Below are positions 63,591 through 64,000 of a stretch of DNA of 64,000 bases, in pieces. Source of the DNA: Camelus dromedarius. Its lineage: Eukaryota. The DNA lies in contig NC_087436.1 in the NCBI RefSeq assembly GCF_036321535.1, positions 72,046,001 to 72,110,000 of the forward strand, written 5' to 3'. The first letter of the stretch is position 1. Every line of letters starts with the position of its first letter. The position numbers and the translations under genes were made by a program. The notes beneath the pieces are model-generated. The model saw nothing but the letters and a program-made list of their open reading frames with translations, made no database searches and was not told the origin of the DNA.

Positions 63591-64000
63591 TATGCTAAAG
63601 TGCTTTCTGAACTCTCGATTCTTCAATTAAGTAGAAATTTAATTCTCTAATTCTATTTAATTTAAAATTAAAGCAGAATTAAAAACTGTACTAAAGTAGA
63701 AATCAGAAGAACAGCTACTGATACTCGTTTAGTGGCTGTTTTCTCATTTCTGAACAGGAAAATTTTAGCTCACAATGTTACGCAGAACAAGTAAAATAAT
63801 GTATGTAAAAACAGTGTAAAAAGCATAACAAATTATATTTTTGAAAAAAATTTTAAAAATTCAGTAGCACTTGAATAATCTTTTAAGCTGAAAATGAAAC
63901 ATAAGAAGGAAATTCCATACAAACAAAGAAAAATCAATAAACAGGATTAAACATTTACTTAGTCTGTGGATGTAAATATATATTTTTAATTAAAGTATAG

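Noticed and set aside
62600..64000. RASSF6 3' end on the minus strand
   Set aside because: Expected from synteny, but I could not recognise any RASSF6 coding exon, and AT-rich sequence alone does not support a UTR call.

Overview
Mammalian, AT-rich genomic DNA from the 3' end of the albumin gene cluster. A tRNA-Ala-type SINE resembling camelid Vic-1 suggests a camelid. Bases 1-4.8 kb hold the last five exons (11-15) of afamin (AFM, + strand). About 3.5 kb downstream starts a second, complete albumin-family gene (+ strand, 8309-45039) that the ORF track shows only in fragments. I assembled 14 coding exons by hand, all with GT-AG junctions and albumin-like sizes and phases. They give an uninterrupted 1845-nt ORF (614 aa) with an AFP-like signal peptide and a CCAAT/HNF1/TATA liver-type promoter. 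Position and sequence identify it as the little-studied fifth family member, alpha-fetoprotein related gene (ARG, mouse Albfm1), reported as a pseudogene in primates but intact here. The protein keeps all 34 albumin disulfide cysteines, adds 5 more and has 3 N-glycan sequons. The rest (46-64 kb) is repeat-rich intergenic DNA with candidate CTCF and AP-1/TEAD motifs. Repeat family names are from recalled consensus sequences, and their boundaries are approximate.
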